Positions 1 through 11,339 of a stretch of 64,000 nucleotides of DNA are shown here, piece after piece. Both the position numbers and the translations under genes were made by a program. Each line of letters opens with the position of its first letter. Position 1 is the stretch's first letter. Source of the stretch: Convolutriloba macropyga (lineage: Eukaryota); NCBI RefSeq assembly GCF_964194025.1, contig NC_134480.1:23560001-23624000 (forward strand). Reading direction: 5' to 3'. The notes under the pieces were generated by a model, which saw only the letters and a program-made list of their open reading frames with translations, did not search any database and was not told the DNA's origin.

Positions 1-784
1 CATATAATCCATCATGACCAGCTTTTGTTTCTAGTATTAATAATTCTAATCTTTCTATTAAACTATTTGGGTCTGGGTTGCTATTTAATCCCCTACCATA
101 TACATCATCTTTTGCCCCCATTATACGTTTTATTGTTCTATATATAGCACTTTTCTTATCCCCTTTTCCTACATCATATCTAATATCCTTTAAAAACCTT
201 TTAATTTTGTTTTTATCTTCCTCAATATTATCATCATATGTTACATTCGATTTAGTAAGAAAATCAGTAAATCCTTCTGAAAACTCATATACATTATCCC
301 TAACTAAAAATGCACCCTGCTCTAGAGTTATATCAACACCATTCATTTTATATCTCCTAGTAGGTAAATCTATGAGTTCTAATTTTAATTGAGGATTAGT
401 TTGAGCCCCCATGTCATGAAGAAGTTTGGCTGTCTTTGTATCAACAAAAACTGGTGCTATATCTTGAGTCCCCTTTAACGTTTCACCAATCTTGGAAGCA
501 GTTTCATTAAACTTGGAACCAGCTTGCTCGATCATCTTAGTTTGTTTATCTAACTCTTGATTTTGCCAATCTATTGCTCTTAATGTTTGTTCACCTAATG
601 CTAGATTCCGTTCAGTGTTTTCATTTATCTGCGAAGCAGATTCACTGATAGTTTTTGTTAAAGGATCAAATAACTCTTCTATTTCACCATAATATTCTTG
701 TTGTTTTAATTTATCTTCTAATCTATTCTTTCTGTTTTGTTTTTCTAGATTATTTAATTCTATAAGTTTATCTAGTTTAGTCAT
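1..784 (-). CDS. Polinton/adintovirus conserved accessory protein, >=261 aa, runs off the window (absent from ORF track)
   Basis: Manual translation from ATG 784: MTKLDKLIELNNLEKQNRKNRLEDKLKQQEYYGEIEELFDPLTKTI...GRGLNSNPDPNSLIERLELLILETKAGHDGLY. Open frame throughout; the LFxPLT and DPNxLxERLxLL..AG motifs recur in Polinton proteins. Confidence 0.75.
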   Translation of the reverse strand, partial: MTKLDKLIELNNLEKQNRKNRLEDKLKQQEYYGEIEELFDPLTKTISESASQINENTERNLALGEQTLRAIDWQNQELDKQTKMIEQAGSKFNETASKIGETLKGTQDIAPVFVDTKTAKLLHDMGAQTNPQLKLELIDLPTRRYKMNGVDITLEQGAFLVRDNVYEFSEGFTDFLTKSNVTYDDNIEEDKNKIKRFLKDIRYDVGKGDKKSAIYRTIKRIMGAKDDVYGRGLNSNPDPNSLIERLELLILETKAGHDGLY

Positions 785-828
785 TTTATATGTATTGAAA
801 AATTATAATAAGAGTAAAAAAATGGATA

Positions 829-981
829 ATGAAAACAGCTTCTCTTAATCTAAAAAGATGTTTAGCTTGTAAAAGACGTTGTAATACTATAGACGAGTTT
901 ATTGATCATATTAAGGAACCAAATCATGATGATTTAATAATTTCAACTTATTCTAAATATGTAGATGGGGCTGGGGGATAA
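829..981 (+). CDS. 50-aa single C2H2 zinc-finger micro-protein of the Polinton (below ORF-track cutoff)
   Basis: MKTASLNLKRCLACKRRCNTIDEFIDHIKEPNHDDLIISTYSKYVDGAGG*, with C-x2-C-x12-H-x5-H; lies head-to-head with the 784 ORF. Confidence 0.5.
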   Translation: MKTASLNLKRCLACKRRCNTIDEFIDHIKEPNHDDLIISTYSKYVDGAGG

Positions 982-1155
982 TAAAATTTCTAGAATATAA
1001 TAAAAATATAATAGCTGGAGCTACACTACATAAGAATACAATCATGGGAGACACTATGGAAAAATATATGGCTCAGATAATGATTCATAATATACTAACT
1101 AGCAACCCTATGGATGTAATGAATGAATTAGGTCTATAATTATTTGTTATAAAAA

Positions 1156-4100
1156 TTAGCAAAGCTCATTATATAATATAATAGCAACTTCAATTAACTT
1201 TCTATCATCATTAATGGTTAGTTCTAGAATATTATTAACCAGTAGCTCTTTGTCTCCATCTAATGATGCTTGGCGGATCATTTTTATTAAATCTCTTTTG
1301 AATAGATATAGATTCTCATCATGAGGATAGCTTTTAATATGGTTTACATAAAATCTTTTATCATCAAATGTGTTTAGACTAATCTTACTTGTTTTTGTTG
1401 TTGTCATGTTATCACCAACTTATTGTATTCTACATTCATCTACACTTCTCTCTATGTTATACATTAGTGCATTATAATACTCCTCATGTTTAGCATTGTT
1501 ATAATTCTTTATTCCTTTCTCTTTAGTTTTATTTGGGTAATCTTTAAAGCTATCTGTCTTTGGTGTTAGGGCCACAAACTCTTCTATGATATTACTTCCC
1601 ATTTCATGTTTGAATTTACCAGGAACTTTATTATTTGTTTTGATTGGTCTTTCAAGATTACTTAAATCCATGTGTTCATTGTCGACATTACCCTCGCTAT
1701 AACTTAATACACAACTATCAGTATCCATGTAATGGAGTTGTAGATCTTTGAGAGATGGTTGAAGAATATTATAGAATACATCATACATGTGTAATTTACT
1801 TAATTCTAAGATAGTAACACCTACATATACTGGAGAATCATATTCTATTTTTTTCTTTATATATTCTATTTGGCTATAATCTCTATCTAGTTATATTCTT
1901 AAATGTTGGTTTACTTACACTTTTCATTATCTTTTCTTCATCATGCAAGAACTTGCTTTGAAAGAAGTGTAGAGGATTCATGCACATTCTTCCATATAAT
2001 GAGTTATTCATTAATTTCCTTACATCCTTTTCTGCTTCAGTTTTAGCTGTTGCTCTTTTATTTGTATTGTTTTGTATATAATCGCTACATATATAATCTT
2101 GTTTAAATTTAATTACTCTGTATTTTTGTTACTTTTACTCCCATCTTAACATAGAATTTTAACATCCTATAATGAACCATATATTCTGTTTTGTTGTTTT
2201 GGTCTAAGATTAATTTCTCTGATCGGTGAAGCAGTTTCCCTGATCGGTGAAGCCGCTTCTCGGATCTTGCTTTGACTCCATCTCTTTCTTGATCAGTGAA
2301 ACTGCTCCGCAGATATCCCAATTCATTATCATTTATCTTTCTTTTATTAGGCATTAGTGCTAACTGTTCTGTTCTCTCTTTACATTCATTAGTATAATCA
2401 ATATCACAAACTATATAGTAACCATGATTACTATCATCTGGAGTATTCAATATTGTATCAAGAGTAGTAGTAGTAAACTGGAAGTCCTTATAAGGTAACT
2501 TTTGCATCATTGCATAACCATATAGGTTGTTTGCGTCTATGTACCATATGGTCTTACCATCACTTATCTATATATCTATCACCCATTATGCCGCATATAC
2601 CACCTCTCTTTGCTCCGACAAAATCATCCGGTATTTGTTTATCTTGTAATGTATCTAATGTTACACCGCTTGACATTAACCAACAATCAAAACTATAACC
2701 CGGGAGACTAACGTAATGTAGTGGATTGAGCTTGAATTCTTTCATACTTAGTTTAACATATTCATTCATGCAATAGTCTAATATTTCCACATCATTCTGT
2801 AAATACGCTATAGTTAGATATTTTCCAGTTTTATGGCTGTTGTCTTTATTAAAGATATCGACTTCTTCTTGTATTGGTAATTTATTATGTAGAGAGGATT
2901 TAAAGTCTTCTAATTTTAGATTACCTATAACTTCTTGCTAATCATACAAACGAAACTATTCATATGGATGTAATGTTTTAGTTTTACATCCATATATCTT
3001 TGCCATTTGATCTAGAGGCATAGCTAGGAAGTTATAGCTATCTAAGAATTTGAGACAACCAATGCTAAACATCTTAGATTTACCAGCAGCTAGTGGTATG
3101 TTATCTACTTTTCTTTTATCATTATTCTGTATAAAGAGTTCACTGTATAGTAGTTTGAAGTCATAGACAGAGCCATTATGGAATATTACTGGAATGAAGT
3201 TTTGTTGTTTGTATCTTAGATTACATATTTTACATGCTGGTCCTCTATATTTACCAGTTTCATGACAATGATCTCTTACTTTATTAATACATGTTTTGCT
3301 GCAGATATGACAAGTGTTATTATTTTCGTGATATAATTTATCTTCTTCTGTGAATATCATCATTTCATTATGTTTGAAATTATTCTCAGTTTCTATTTCT
3401 AACAGATCTCCAGCAAATCTTTTGATGCAGCCTAGACCGAAGTAGTGTTTGAAGTTACCTTGCCAAGTGTAACCCACAGCTATTGGAATATGTTCAGCTA
3501 TTACATATTTACAGTCATTAGTTGTTACTTCAACAATGCAACATTCTATATCGGCAGTTATAATATTTTTTTATATTCTGACGTTTGTGTTCATTTATAA
3601 AAGTAATATGTTTTTTCTTAGGACAAACAATCTCTGGTTTGAATGTGTTGTTGCATTCGTGTTTATCATATTTAAGTTGTGAGTTAAACCAATAGGTACA
3701 CCTATCACAATAATAATATTTAATGTTGTTTTTATTTGGTCGTTCTAACAAGGTTTCTATATTTTTTATTAGGGCACAGTGTTCTATTTGACAATTACGC
3801 CAAACTAGTATTCTTACATCTTTTCTATCTTTATTAAAATCATCCACTTGTTTAAACAATTCTATTTTACCATTACCACAAGGTGTGTATACCCAAATCT
3901 TAATATTATACAATTTCTGTGTTCTTATTGTATAAGTAAAATCATCTTCATGTTGTTGTCTTGGTTCAATTAGTTTATCTACATATTTACTTTCTCGAGT
4001 TGCATGGTGTGGGGCGGGATGTAGCCAAGCAGTAATAGTTAGTTGTAAGCAGTTGTATTTATAACTACGTATATTTAATATCGATTTAGAATTTTTGAGA

Positions 4101-4859
4101 TCAGGAGGTAAATCTATATAACTACCAATAGATGCTTTAGTTGGTTCAATGTTTAACTGAATACTTCTTCCAAGAAAATCAAAATCATAACCATAACCTT
4201 CATATATTTCCTTTTCGAAATCTAGCCACCGATTGAAGTCACCATATTCATATATTGCATTTTTATTAATATAATCAGTATTGAAAAAATTTTTTAGTAG
4301 TTTTAACTTCTTCTTTGGTTCTCTTCTTATAATCACATTCAGCCGTGATCTTATATTTAAAACTCTTAACTTTACGAAACTGGTAACAGTTTTTAATTTC
4401 TTCTAAAGAGTAATTAGTTGCTTCATCTATATCTTCAATGTAATTCCCACCTTTATCAGTAATATAAAATTCTCTCATGTTCTGTCTTGAGTTTATATCG
4501 AAGTCTTCTGTGTTTTCTAGATACATGCGATTGTGACTATATGAATGAGTAGTTAGAGCTACTTTACTTCTAAATTCTTCATGACATTCTTTTTATTCAT
4601 ACTCAATTCTGGTGTAGATATCCTCTTCAGTTTTAGTTTTAGGTTTGGTGGCTGGTTTAGTTTTGATAATATAATCATCTTCATCCAAATTCTACACCCT
4701 CTCCGAGATTTCCTCTTCTTCAGACTCAAACATTTTCTCCAATAGTTCCTTATGTTTGAGATCGTATGATTGATGCCTGTATAAAGCCTTCTTTGATTCA
4801 AAGGATAGATTACAGACATCGCAGAAGTTTATGACACTAGTATTAGTTGATTTAGACAT
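1156..4859 (-). pseudogene. polB: Protein-primed DNA polymerase B (pPolB) with N-terminal C2H2 finger and endonuclease VII-like domain; multiple frameshifts and stops
   Basis: Motifs occur in the expected order across broken frames: FCDVCNLSF..H..H; GSYIDLP; VRDHCHETGKYRGPACKICNL (Endo VII-like); IPVIFHNGSVYDF (Exo II); LKFLDSYNF; IWYIDANNLYGYAM (motif A, ~2510-2550); KLMNNSLYGR (motif B, ~1987-2017); YMDTDS (motif C); KVPGKFKHE; KISLNTFDDKR. Confidence 0.93.
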
Positions 4860-4902
4860 ATATTTTTTTAGGGAAATAATCAAAAAAATAATTTTTCGAA
4901 AA

Positions 4903-5232
4903 ATGAAAATGAAATGCGATAAGTGTATAAATAAACCTTGGAAAGAATGTTGTAATAATTGTAAAGAATTAGAATATTCTTGTTATGTATGTAAAAATAT
5001 GGTCAAAGTGAAAGATTATATAGAACATTTGGGATATCATTTTTCTGATCCTGATCAATATCTAACGTGTAGTATGTGTAATGTTTATAAACATATATCA
5101 TTACATAGATTTAGAAATAGGAATTGTAGACTATGTATTTATCTTCATAGATATAGATATGGTCACACTAGAAATCAATTAAGAGAGCATGTTTATAAGT
5201 ATAATATTCAAGAAGACATAGAAAAACACTAA
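4903..5232 (+). CDS. Cys-rich zinc-binding accessory protein (109 aa) of the Polinton, divergent from polB
   Basis: MKMKCDKC...ECCNNC...CYVC...HLGYH...CSMC...CRLC: five CxxC pairs plus an HxxxH in an intact frame; probable ATG at 4903. Confidence 0.65.
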   Translation: MKMKCDKCINKPWKECCNNCKELEYSCYVCKNMVKVKDYIEHLGYHFSDPDQYLTCSMCNVYKHISLHRFRNRNCRLCIYLHRYRYGHTRNQLREHVYKYNIQEDIEKH

Positions 5233-6307
5233 TCACTGTGTTTCCACCGATATCAATGTTTTTGACTGTGCTCTTTTTGTTCGCTTTCTTTCATATTTAG
5301 CAACCACTAATAGTACAAGAAGTCAACAATCTTGGTTTAGCATCGCATTACACATCAGTGAAAGGGGCTCCGCCCTTGGTTCCCCAACTGCTTAGCAGAT
5401 CGAATGAAAAGTGCATGTCATGCTAAAATGGCCGCCGCCATTGACAAAGAAAGCCACCACCACTAACAGAATGAAAACAAGTGAAAATTTCGAATATAAG
5501 ATACCCTTAAAAATTAGCTAGTAAAGTGAGTATTTATTAAAATCTTTATTTAATGTTTAATAGATTATACAAATCATTCAGTTTATTAGAAGGATTTAAT
5601 TATTATTTTACTTTAAAACATGTAATTACTTGGGAAATGATAACTAATTTTAAGTTAAAAATCATGTGAGAATATTCTAGAAAAAGAATGTTCTAGAATA
5701 ATTCTCCACGTGGGGACCTTTATTCTCCACGGCACTTTTTGGCTATTCATCATGAGTTTCACTTCACTACAAAAACTGTAAAATGATACATTAATATTGT
5801 TCAGTCAGCTTAATATTAGACTTCAGTCAGCCTAATAATTAAAATTAAAAGTGTTCAAGCTTTCTGTAGTTGCACCCTCCCCCACAGTTGTCATTAAGAA
5901 AGGTCGAGCAGTACTGCCGTAGCGTGGTAAAGGCGAGTCAACCTTTTATCAAGACCTCCCAAGACTCGGCTCAAAAATGTAACCAGGTACATAGAATCAC
6001 TCAGTTAAACATCATAGATCAATCGTCTCCTGGTTAAAGTCAAAGTTTTAAAGAAACTTGTTTCTTATTATCCAATTCTAAGCAATTTTGAGTTATTTTC
6101 AGTTCATCCGATTCTATTGAAAAAAAACTTTGTGAGATGATTAACCTGATTTATTTCAGTATAGTTTGGCATATTAGATATGAAATTAGGCTTAAATCTA
6201 GCTTTGAGAACTTTTGGATATTAGTGTATGAATTGCATAAATTATACTAGCTATGTACATTTTTGTACACAATTGTGCGCGTAGTATGTATTTATAGTGG
6301 TGAATAT

Positions 6308-6431
6308 AGTAGTGGATAAAACAAGGGATTCAACAAACAGTAAAATTTGGCCCGATTCGACATGCGCGATTAGCGTTAGGAGAAAGGGACAAATTTTACT
6401 GGTGGTTGAATCCCTTGTTTTATCCACTACT
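6308..6431. repeat. 124-bp foldback/MITE-like element with ~45-bp inverted repeats
   Basis: AGTAGTGGATAAAACAAGGGATTCAAC-aaa-CAGTAAAATTTG.CCC ... GGG.CAAATTTTACTG-gtg-GTTGAATCCCTTGTTTTATCCACTACT. Confidence 0.8.
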
Positions 6432-6539
6432 GGGTGGGGGGGGGGGGGAGTGAGTGAGTGAAGAGGATTGAGGCTCAGCAACCGAATAATTACCATACTT
6501 GAATAAGATTCAATACAATATTGATGCATTGAATTTCAG

Positions 6540-9500
6540 GACTCGCTTCTTATGTGACACTCTGGCTGATCAGGGGTACAAAGTGGTGATTCCCGATTTC
6601 TACAGAGGACAAGCATGGGACGATTCCCCCATCGAACCAGGACCAGTTGGCAAATTTGTATCCCAGTTTCCTCCTGATTCTGTTAGTTGCCCTTTCATTG
6701 AGTTTAACTGTCCAATTATTCAGGGATGCATAAATTTAGCATGTTCTTTAAATATGGATCGCTAACAAACGAAGTTTTTAGCGACTATGTTCGTCCTGTC
6801 AGAAGTTGACGAGATTTTTATTGGATTGATTAATAGCCGCCCTCATCTTCTCAGCCGGCTATTATTGCGCTCGTATTTTTTACAATTCAAAGAATTTGAA
6901 TTGTATTGGGGCGCTGTCTTTTTTTTTAAGATCTGTTCACACATTTTCATGATTTTTGAAGTCAAATTGGAGTAGTGATTTTGGTCACGCCGAAACAGGA
7001 AATGGAGCGAAAATGCGAGTGGTTTTGCGGCGTGAAATTTTTTCGCTCTAATTTTAAAGTAGAGTGAGAAAACGGTGCTTGAACAAAAATTCGGTTTCTC
7101 GGTAGTGGTTTTTTGTTCACATGCGGCAATTTCACTCTGATTTTTACTGTTTTTTCGAGTTTTTGGATCGGATTTGTTTCTAAATGGTTTTCCCAATCCA
7201 ATCACAGCTCATTGTAGGTCTGGTTGTTTGTTTGAATTAAATTTTCATTTCTCGCTAGTGGTTTTTTTGTTCACATGCGGCGTTTTGACATTTTCTGTTT
7301 TTTCTCTTATTTTTTTTATTTGATTCTTTAAAATTGGTTTTTTCAATTCACTCATAGTCCATTCTAGGTCTAGTTTTTCTGTTTAGTCAATGAAAATTCT
7401 TTGAATTGTACGTCAGGACTTGTCCTGCTATGTTTTTTTACTTCGTCAAACTTTTTTTCGCTTTACCATTTTGCCGCTTTTTCGACATTTTGCGTGAAAT
7501 CCTTTTGACTTCTCTAGGCTAGTTTCTCTCTTCTCTCATTCTGCTAAAAGTGAATTTGAACATCAGTAGCTAAGCAAAGCAATTCAAAATGAACAGAGTC
7601 GGTATAAAAAATTGAAGTCAGAAATAGAAACGGGATAAACCCATGAAGCCCAATTTTAGATGCCCGCTATTTGAACGTCGTTCCTATAAGTCTTAGTTAC
7701 CACCTCTAATGCTTATTGGTGTTGATAGTAGCCCCTGTAGCCTCTCTCTAAGAAACAGAAGTATGTTCAACTACGAAATGCCATCAAAATAAATCGGACT
7801 TAAAATATATTTTTGTACAAAAATCTTTTTTTTTTCAGTATATTCTATTCGTTCAATCCCAATTATGCTTATTGGAATCAACGGCGGCTATTTTCCGGCA
7901 ATCTGCCGGGTATGTTTTGACTTCTGCCTGATTTTTGCAGAGTGATTTGATCTGATTTCTGAATTTTGTGCATTAGCTTAATGGCTAAGTTAGATTTAAG
8001 TTACTCGCACATTTCTTAATCTTTGCTGATGGTTAATGAAAACTTTTCGTGGATTTTCTCTCCCGTAGTCCTGACAGAGTCCGGCCCTCCCCCTTTGAAT
8101 AAGGCTAGAATCAAAGGCCAGAGTTCAGACCATTAGTCGAAATTCAGATGGTTGTTATTGGAAACGCGCTGAATTTGTCGAGACTGCGGTCAAAGAATCC
8201 AGTGAATTTTGCACAGCCATCGAGGAATTTTTTTGGATAATCGATGCTGGCATTGCTTTTTCAGTGCTGGATTATGAAATTCGTTATACTGTAGGTATTA
8301 AAGGTTGCTAGAAAAACGTCATTGTTTCTGATGTTTCAGATTGTGAAGGACACACAAGCTGTGATTGACCACTTCAAATCAGGCGGTGCCAAAACCTTTG
8401 GAGCAACAGGGTGCTGTTGGGGTGCATGGGCTATCTTTGCATGTTGTGCTAGCAAACTTCCAATCTCCGCAGCTGTATCATATCATCCTGCACTTGGATT
8501 AGCAGCTGTCTTCGGAAGCTCTCCTGTTGAACTCACGTCAAAGGTAGGTAGTATTTTTTTTAAAAAAAAATTTCTCAATAAGCAACCTGGAATTAGGACA
8601 TAAATGAGTTTTTTCAGACTTTCAATCGGAGCTTTCAACGTCGTTTGAATAGCTTTTATTTCGTAAATACGTTTTGTATACTTTATGAAGAATCGAACTT
8701 TTTTTTCCAAACATATTTTATACAACCGTAAATTCAGAAATTGTAAACAGATACATATGGTTAAATATTTAATTGTTTTCCAAAAAAAATGTACATAAAT
8801 TAAATATATTTCTGAAGATAATAATACATTCGAGGATTTTTTAAAATTTAAAATCAATTGTCATTTTGGCAGGGTTCTATTATTTCATTTCAGCTCTTCT
8901 GGCAGCTGTTTTCCAAGTGAATCGCTGTTGTGAAAAACCTGTCCAAACACCAATTATTAAGTTCTTTGGGAAGACATTGTTTTTCAGAATACTTTACATC
9001 ACTATTTGGAACCCTCAAGTAATTGAAAGTGTTGACCTTTTGAGTTGTATTTTCTCAATAGCTACAGTTTTCTTTCAATTAATCAATATATTCATCCTTT
9101 TTATTGTTTTGAGGGGTCAAAAGAGAAATCCTATTTTTACCTTAGAAATTTTTTTCTGTTGCCGATCTTAATTGCTGCTAAAGGTTTATTAAAATCACGC
9201 AGACGTAATAGCAAGTGGCTTATTTGTAGAAGAATTCGAGAAAAAATCCGGGCCTTGTTGCATACTCTCTAGGTGCCGCAATCGTTTTAATGACACTTGG
9301 CCTGTTTTCTAGGACTTTGTTTCAAATTTATGCAGGCGTTTTTTTAATGCAGTCCATCTAAATTCAGATTGTACTTATTTCCCATTATTCTGGCTCCCAC
9401 TAGTCGTTCGAGGGCAATTCTTCCGACGTTAGTTGGTTATGTTCAGTCATCCTTTAGGTCTAGTTTTTTCTTTAATCATTGAAACTTCTTGATTTCTAGA

Positions 9501-10388
9501 ACAGGAATTGTCCTGCTACGTTTTTTCTTCGAACCAGAATTTGTTTTTATTCACCTTAGCTCACAGCTGGTTCAACATTTTACATATAATCTTTTTGTTT
9601 TCTTTAGTTTGCAGAAAACTATTAAAAAAGGATAAACACAAGGCCCAATTTTTCGTTCCCGCTACTGGAATTTGTTTTAAATCTTAGCGCTCCTGGTTGT
9701 TTTTAGTGATACTAGACCCTCTGTCCTCTCATTAAGAAAAAGGAGTATATCTAATAAAGAAATGGCGTCAAAATAGTTCGTACGGAAAAATATGTTTGCA
9801 GAGAAATCATTTTTTTCCTGTTCTTTCAATCCCAGCCGGGGTTATAGGAAGCAATGGCTGCTTTTTTCCGTCAATCAGGCCGGGTATATTTTTCTTTTGA
9901 TATCAGTTGTGGTCTATAGCAACCCCGAATATCATCTGAAGACCCTTAGTAAACGTATGCCCTCTCTCAAGACTCCCTCCGATAGAATCAGTTGATATTT
10001 ATGCGCAACATAAATAAATAATGGCATTTGGTCCCCTGCATCTAAAGCTCATAGCGGACTAGAACTTCATGTGAGCTCTGTTAGATTAGAATCTAATGAG
10101 GCGCCAGTAGTTAAAAAGGAATTCGTTCAATGGTAGTCGGTCATGTTTTTTTTCAAGGTAACCACGCCCCAGTGCCTGCTACCCGCCGGCAATGATCCGG
10201 CTGATGTGAAACCAGGCGGTGAAGTAGTGAAAACTCTGGAGGACAACAAAGTGCCAGTCGAATCTAAGGATTACCCAGATGTTCAACACGGATACATGCC
10301 AAGGGGAGATCTGAGTGACCCAAAAGTAGTCGAGGCTTGTGAGGATGCCGAGAAGCGAACGTACTCTTTCTTCGAAAAATATCTGTGA
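6540..10388 (+). CDS. Dienelactone hydrolase / carboxymethylenebutenolidase-like alpha/beta hydrolase, 5'-partial (exons 6540-6681, 8340-8543, 10158-10388)
   Basis: TRFLCDTLADQGYKVVIPDFYRG; nucleophile elbow GATGCCWG; YHP; AGND (Asp); QHGYMPRGD (His). Splice sites tttcag|6540, 6681|gttagt, tttcag|8340, 8543|gtaggt and ttcaag|10158; the two internal introns are phase 0. N-terminal exon(s) not found. Confidence 0.9.
6830..7916 (+). mobile_element. Helentron-associated (HINE/DINE-1-like) non-autonomous element, family 1, with a family-2 HINE nested at 6881-7433
   Basis: Family 1: 5' hairpin AATAGCCG...CGGCTATT; 3' subTIR GCGGCTATT, then hairpin CCGGCA-ATC-TGCCGG, then GTATG|TT. Family 2: 5' TACAATTCAAA-GAA-TTTGAATTGTA; 3' AATTCTTTGAATTGTA, then CAGGAC-TT-GTCCTG, then CTATG|TT. 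Confidence 0.7.
9390..9890 (+). mobile_element. Degenerate HINE ends (family-3 3' end at ~9441, then a diverged copy of 7360-7915)
   Basis: gtcgttcgagggcaattcttccgacgttagttggttatgtt; caggaattgtcctgctacgtttt; ttttccgtcaatcaggccgggtatatt; internal blocks are colinear with 7630-7915. Confidence 0.55.
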
Positions 10389-10577
10389 AGGTGAAGCTGA
10401 ACGATTATCCTTCACAACTTGAACAACTTGATTGAAATGAAATGAGGCTAGCACAGTAGATCGAAAGACAGTTAATCGAAAGCAATCTTTAATAACGCGT
10501 GGAAGTAGGTAATTATTTCAAAGAACGCCATTGTGCTTACCTTAGTCGGTCGTGATATTTTATTCGATTGTAATAGT

Positions 10578-10680
10578 CATATGGCCATGGCCATGACTAT
10601 AAGTCCTGAAGCATGGCCATGACACGCGAGGCATGGCCAAATTAGGTAATCGCACGTTTAAAAGTTAGCAAGTGACGTCA
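10578..10680. promoter_or_regulatory. Candidate VPS29 promoter-proximal motif cluster
   Basis: Four ATGGCCA(T) palindromic motifs (YY1-like CCAT core) and a perfect CRE TGACGTCA at 10673-10680, in unique sequence between the hydrolase 3' end and VPS29. Confidence 0.3.
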
Positions 10681-11339
10681 TAAAAGTTGTCAACAGCAAT
10701 ATACTATACGTTTTCTGTTCTCTGTCAATCTACTGTCCCAATTCCTGAAAAATTTGTCATTTTCGATCTACTGTCCTTTTGATTTTTCTGCCCGGTCTCC
10801 AATTGAAATGTTTGTAATTTGACATTATGATACAAACTGTTGTGTAGAGAAAGCTTGCTTTGAATTGAAAAAAAAATGTATAATTTGCTGTTGAAGCTGA
10901 AATATAATTTGTACAAGATAATTTAAAGTCCTGAAATCATTGTATCTTAGGACCTCTTTTTAATATTTCTTTTTGAACTTCTATCTCAATGTTTCGTCTA
11001 TCTCAATGTGGGATAACGAATACGTTGTGATCGGAAGTCGAAAGGTGCCAATTTTCCTAAGCGGATTTGGAGCTATTTGTTCGAAACTCCTTCATTTGTT
11101 GCTTTGCCCTTGACTAGTGAGGCTGTAATGAGGTGGTACTTAAGAGATAATTCGATGTTTATCGTCAAATAAGTGAAAGGTATTGTAATGCGTGTCACCA
11201 AGTATGAGCATTTCATTTAGAATTTTTTTGTCACGTTAACTGAAATTGTAACAATCCTTGGGAAACTAATAACTTTTAGCATGCAACTTGACCTAAGAAC
11301 GACTGATTACACTGCTTTAAGTTCTGAAATATGGGCAAG

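Larger units (their letters stand above)
1..5770 (-). mobile_element. Polinton/Maverick (adintovirus-like) endogenous element, right part, decayed; continues beyond the left window edge; right boundary approximate
   Basis: Very AT-rich, gene-dense, intronless block carrying a protein-primed family B polymerase and a DPNxLxERLxLL..AG-motif ORF typical of animal Polintons. The terminal inverted repeat cannot be confirmed because the other end lies outside the window. Confidence 0.85.

Noticed and set aside
78-392. 104-aa hydrophobic + strand ORF
   Set aside because: Antisense shadow of the real minus-strand ORF 784->1.
6843-7205. Similar ORFs at 6843-7205 and 12977-13271 suggesting paralogous genes
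   Set aside because: Both are the A-rich strand of the family-2 HINE repeat; their frames are not conserved between copies.
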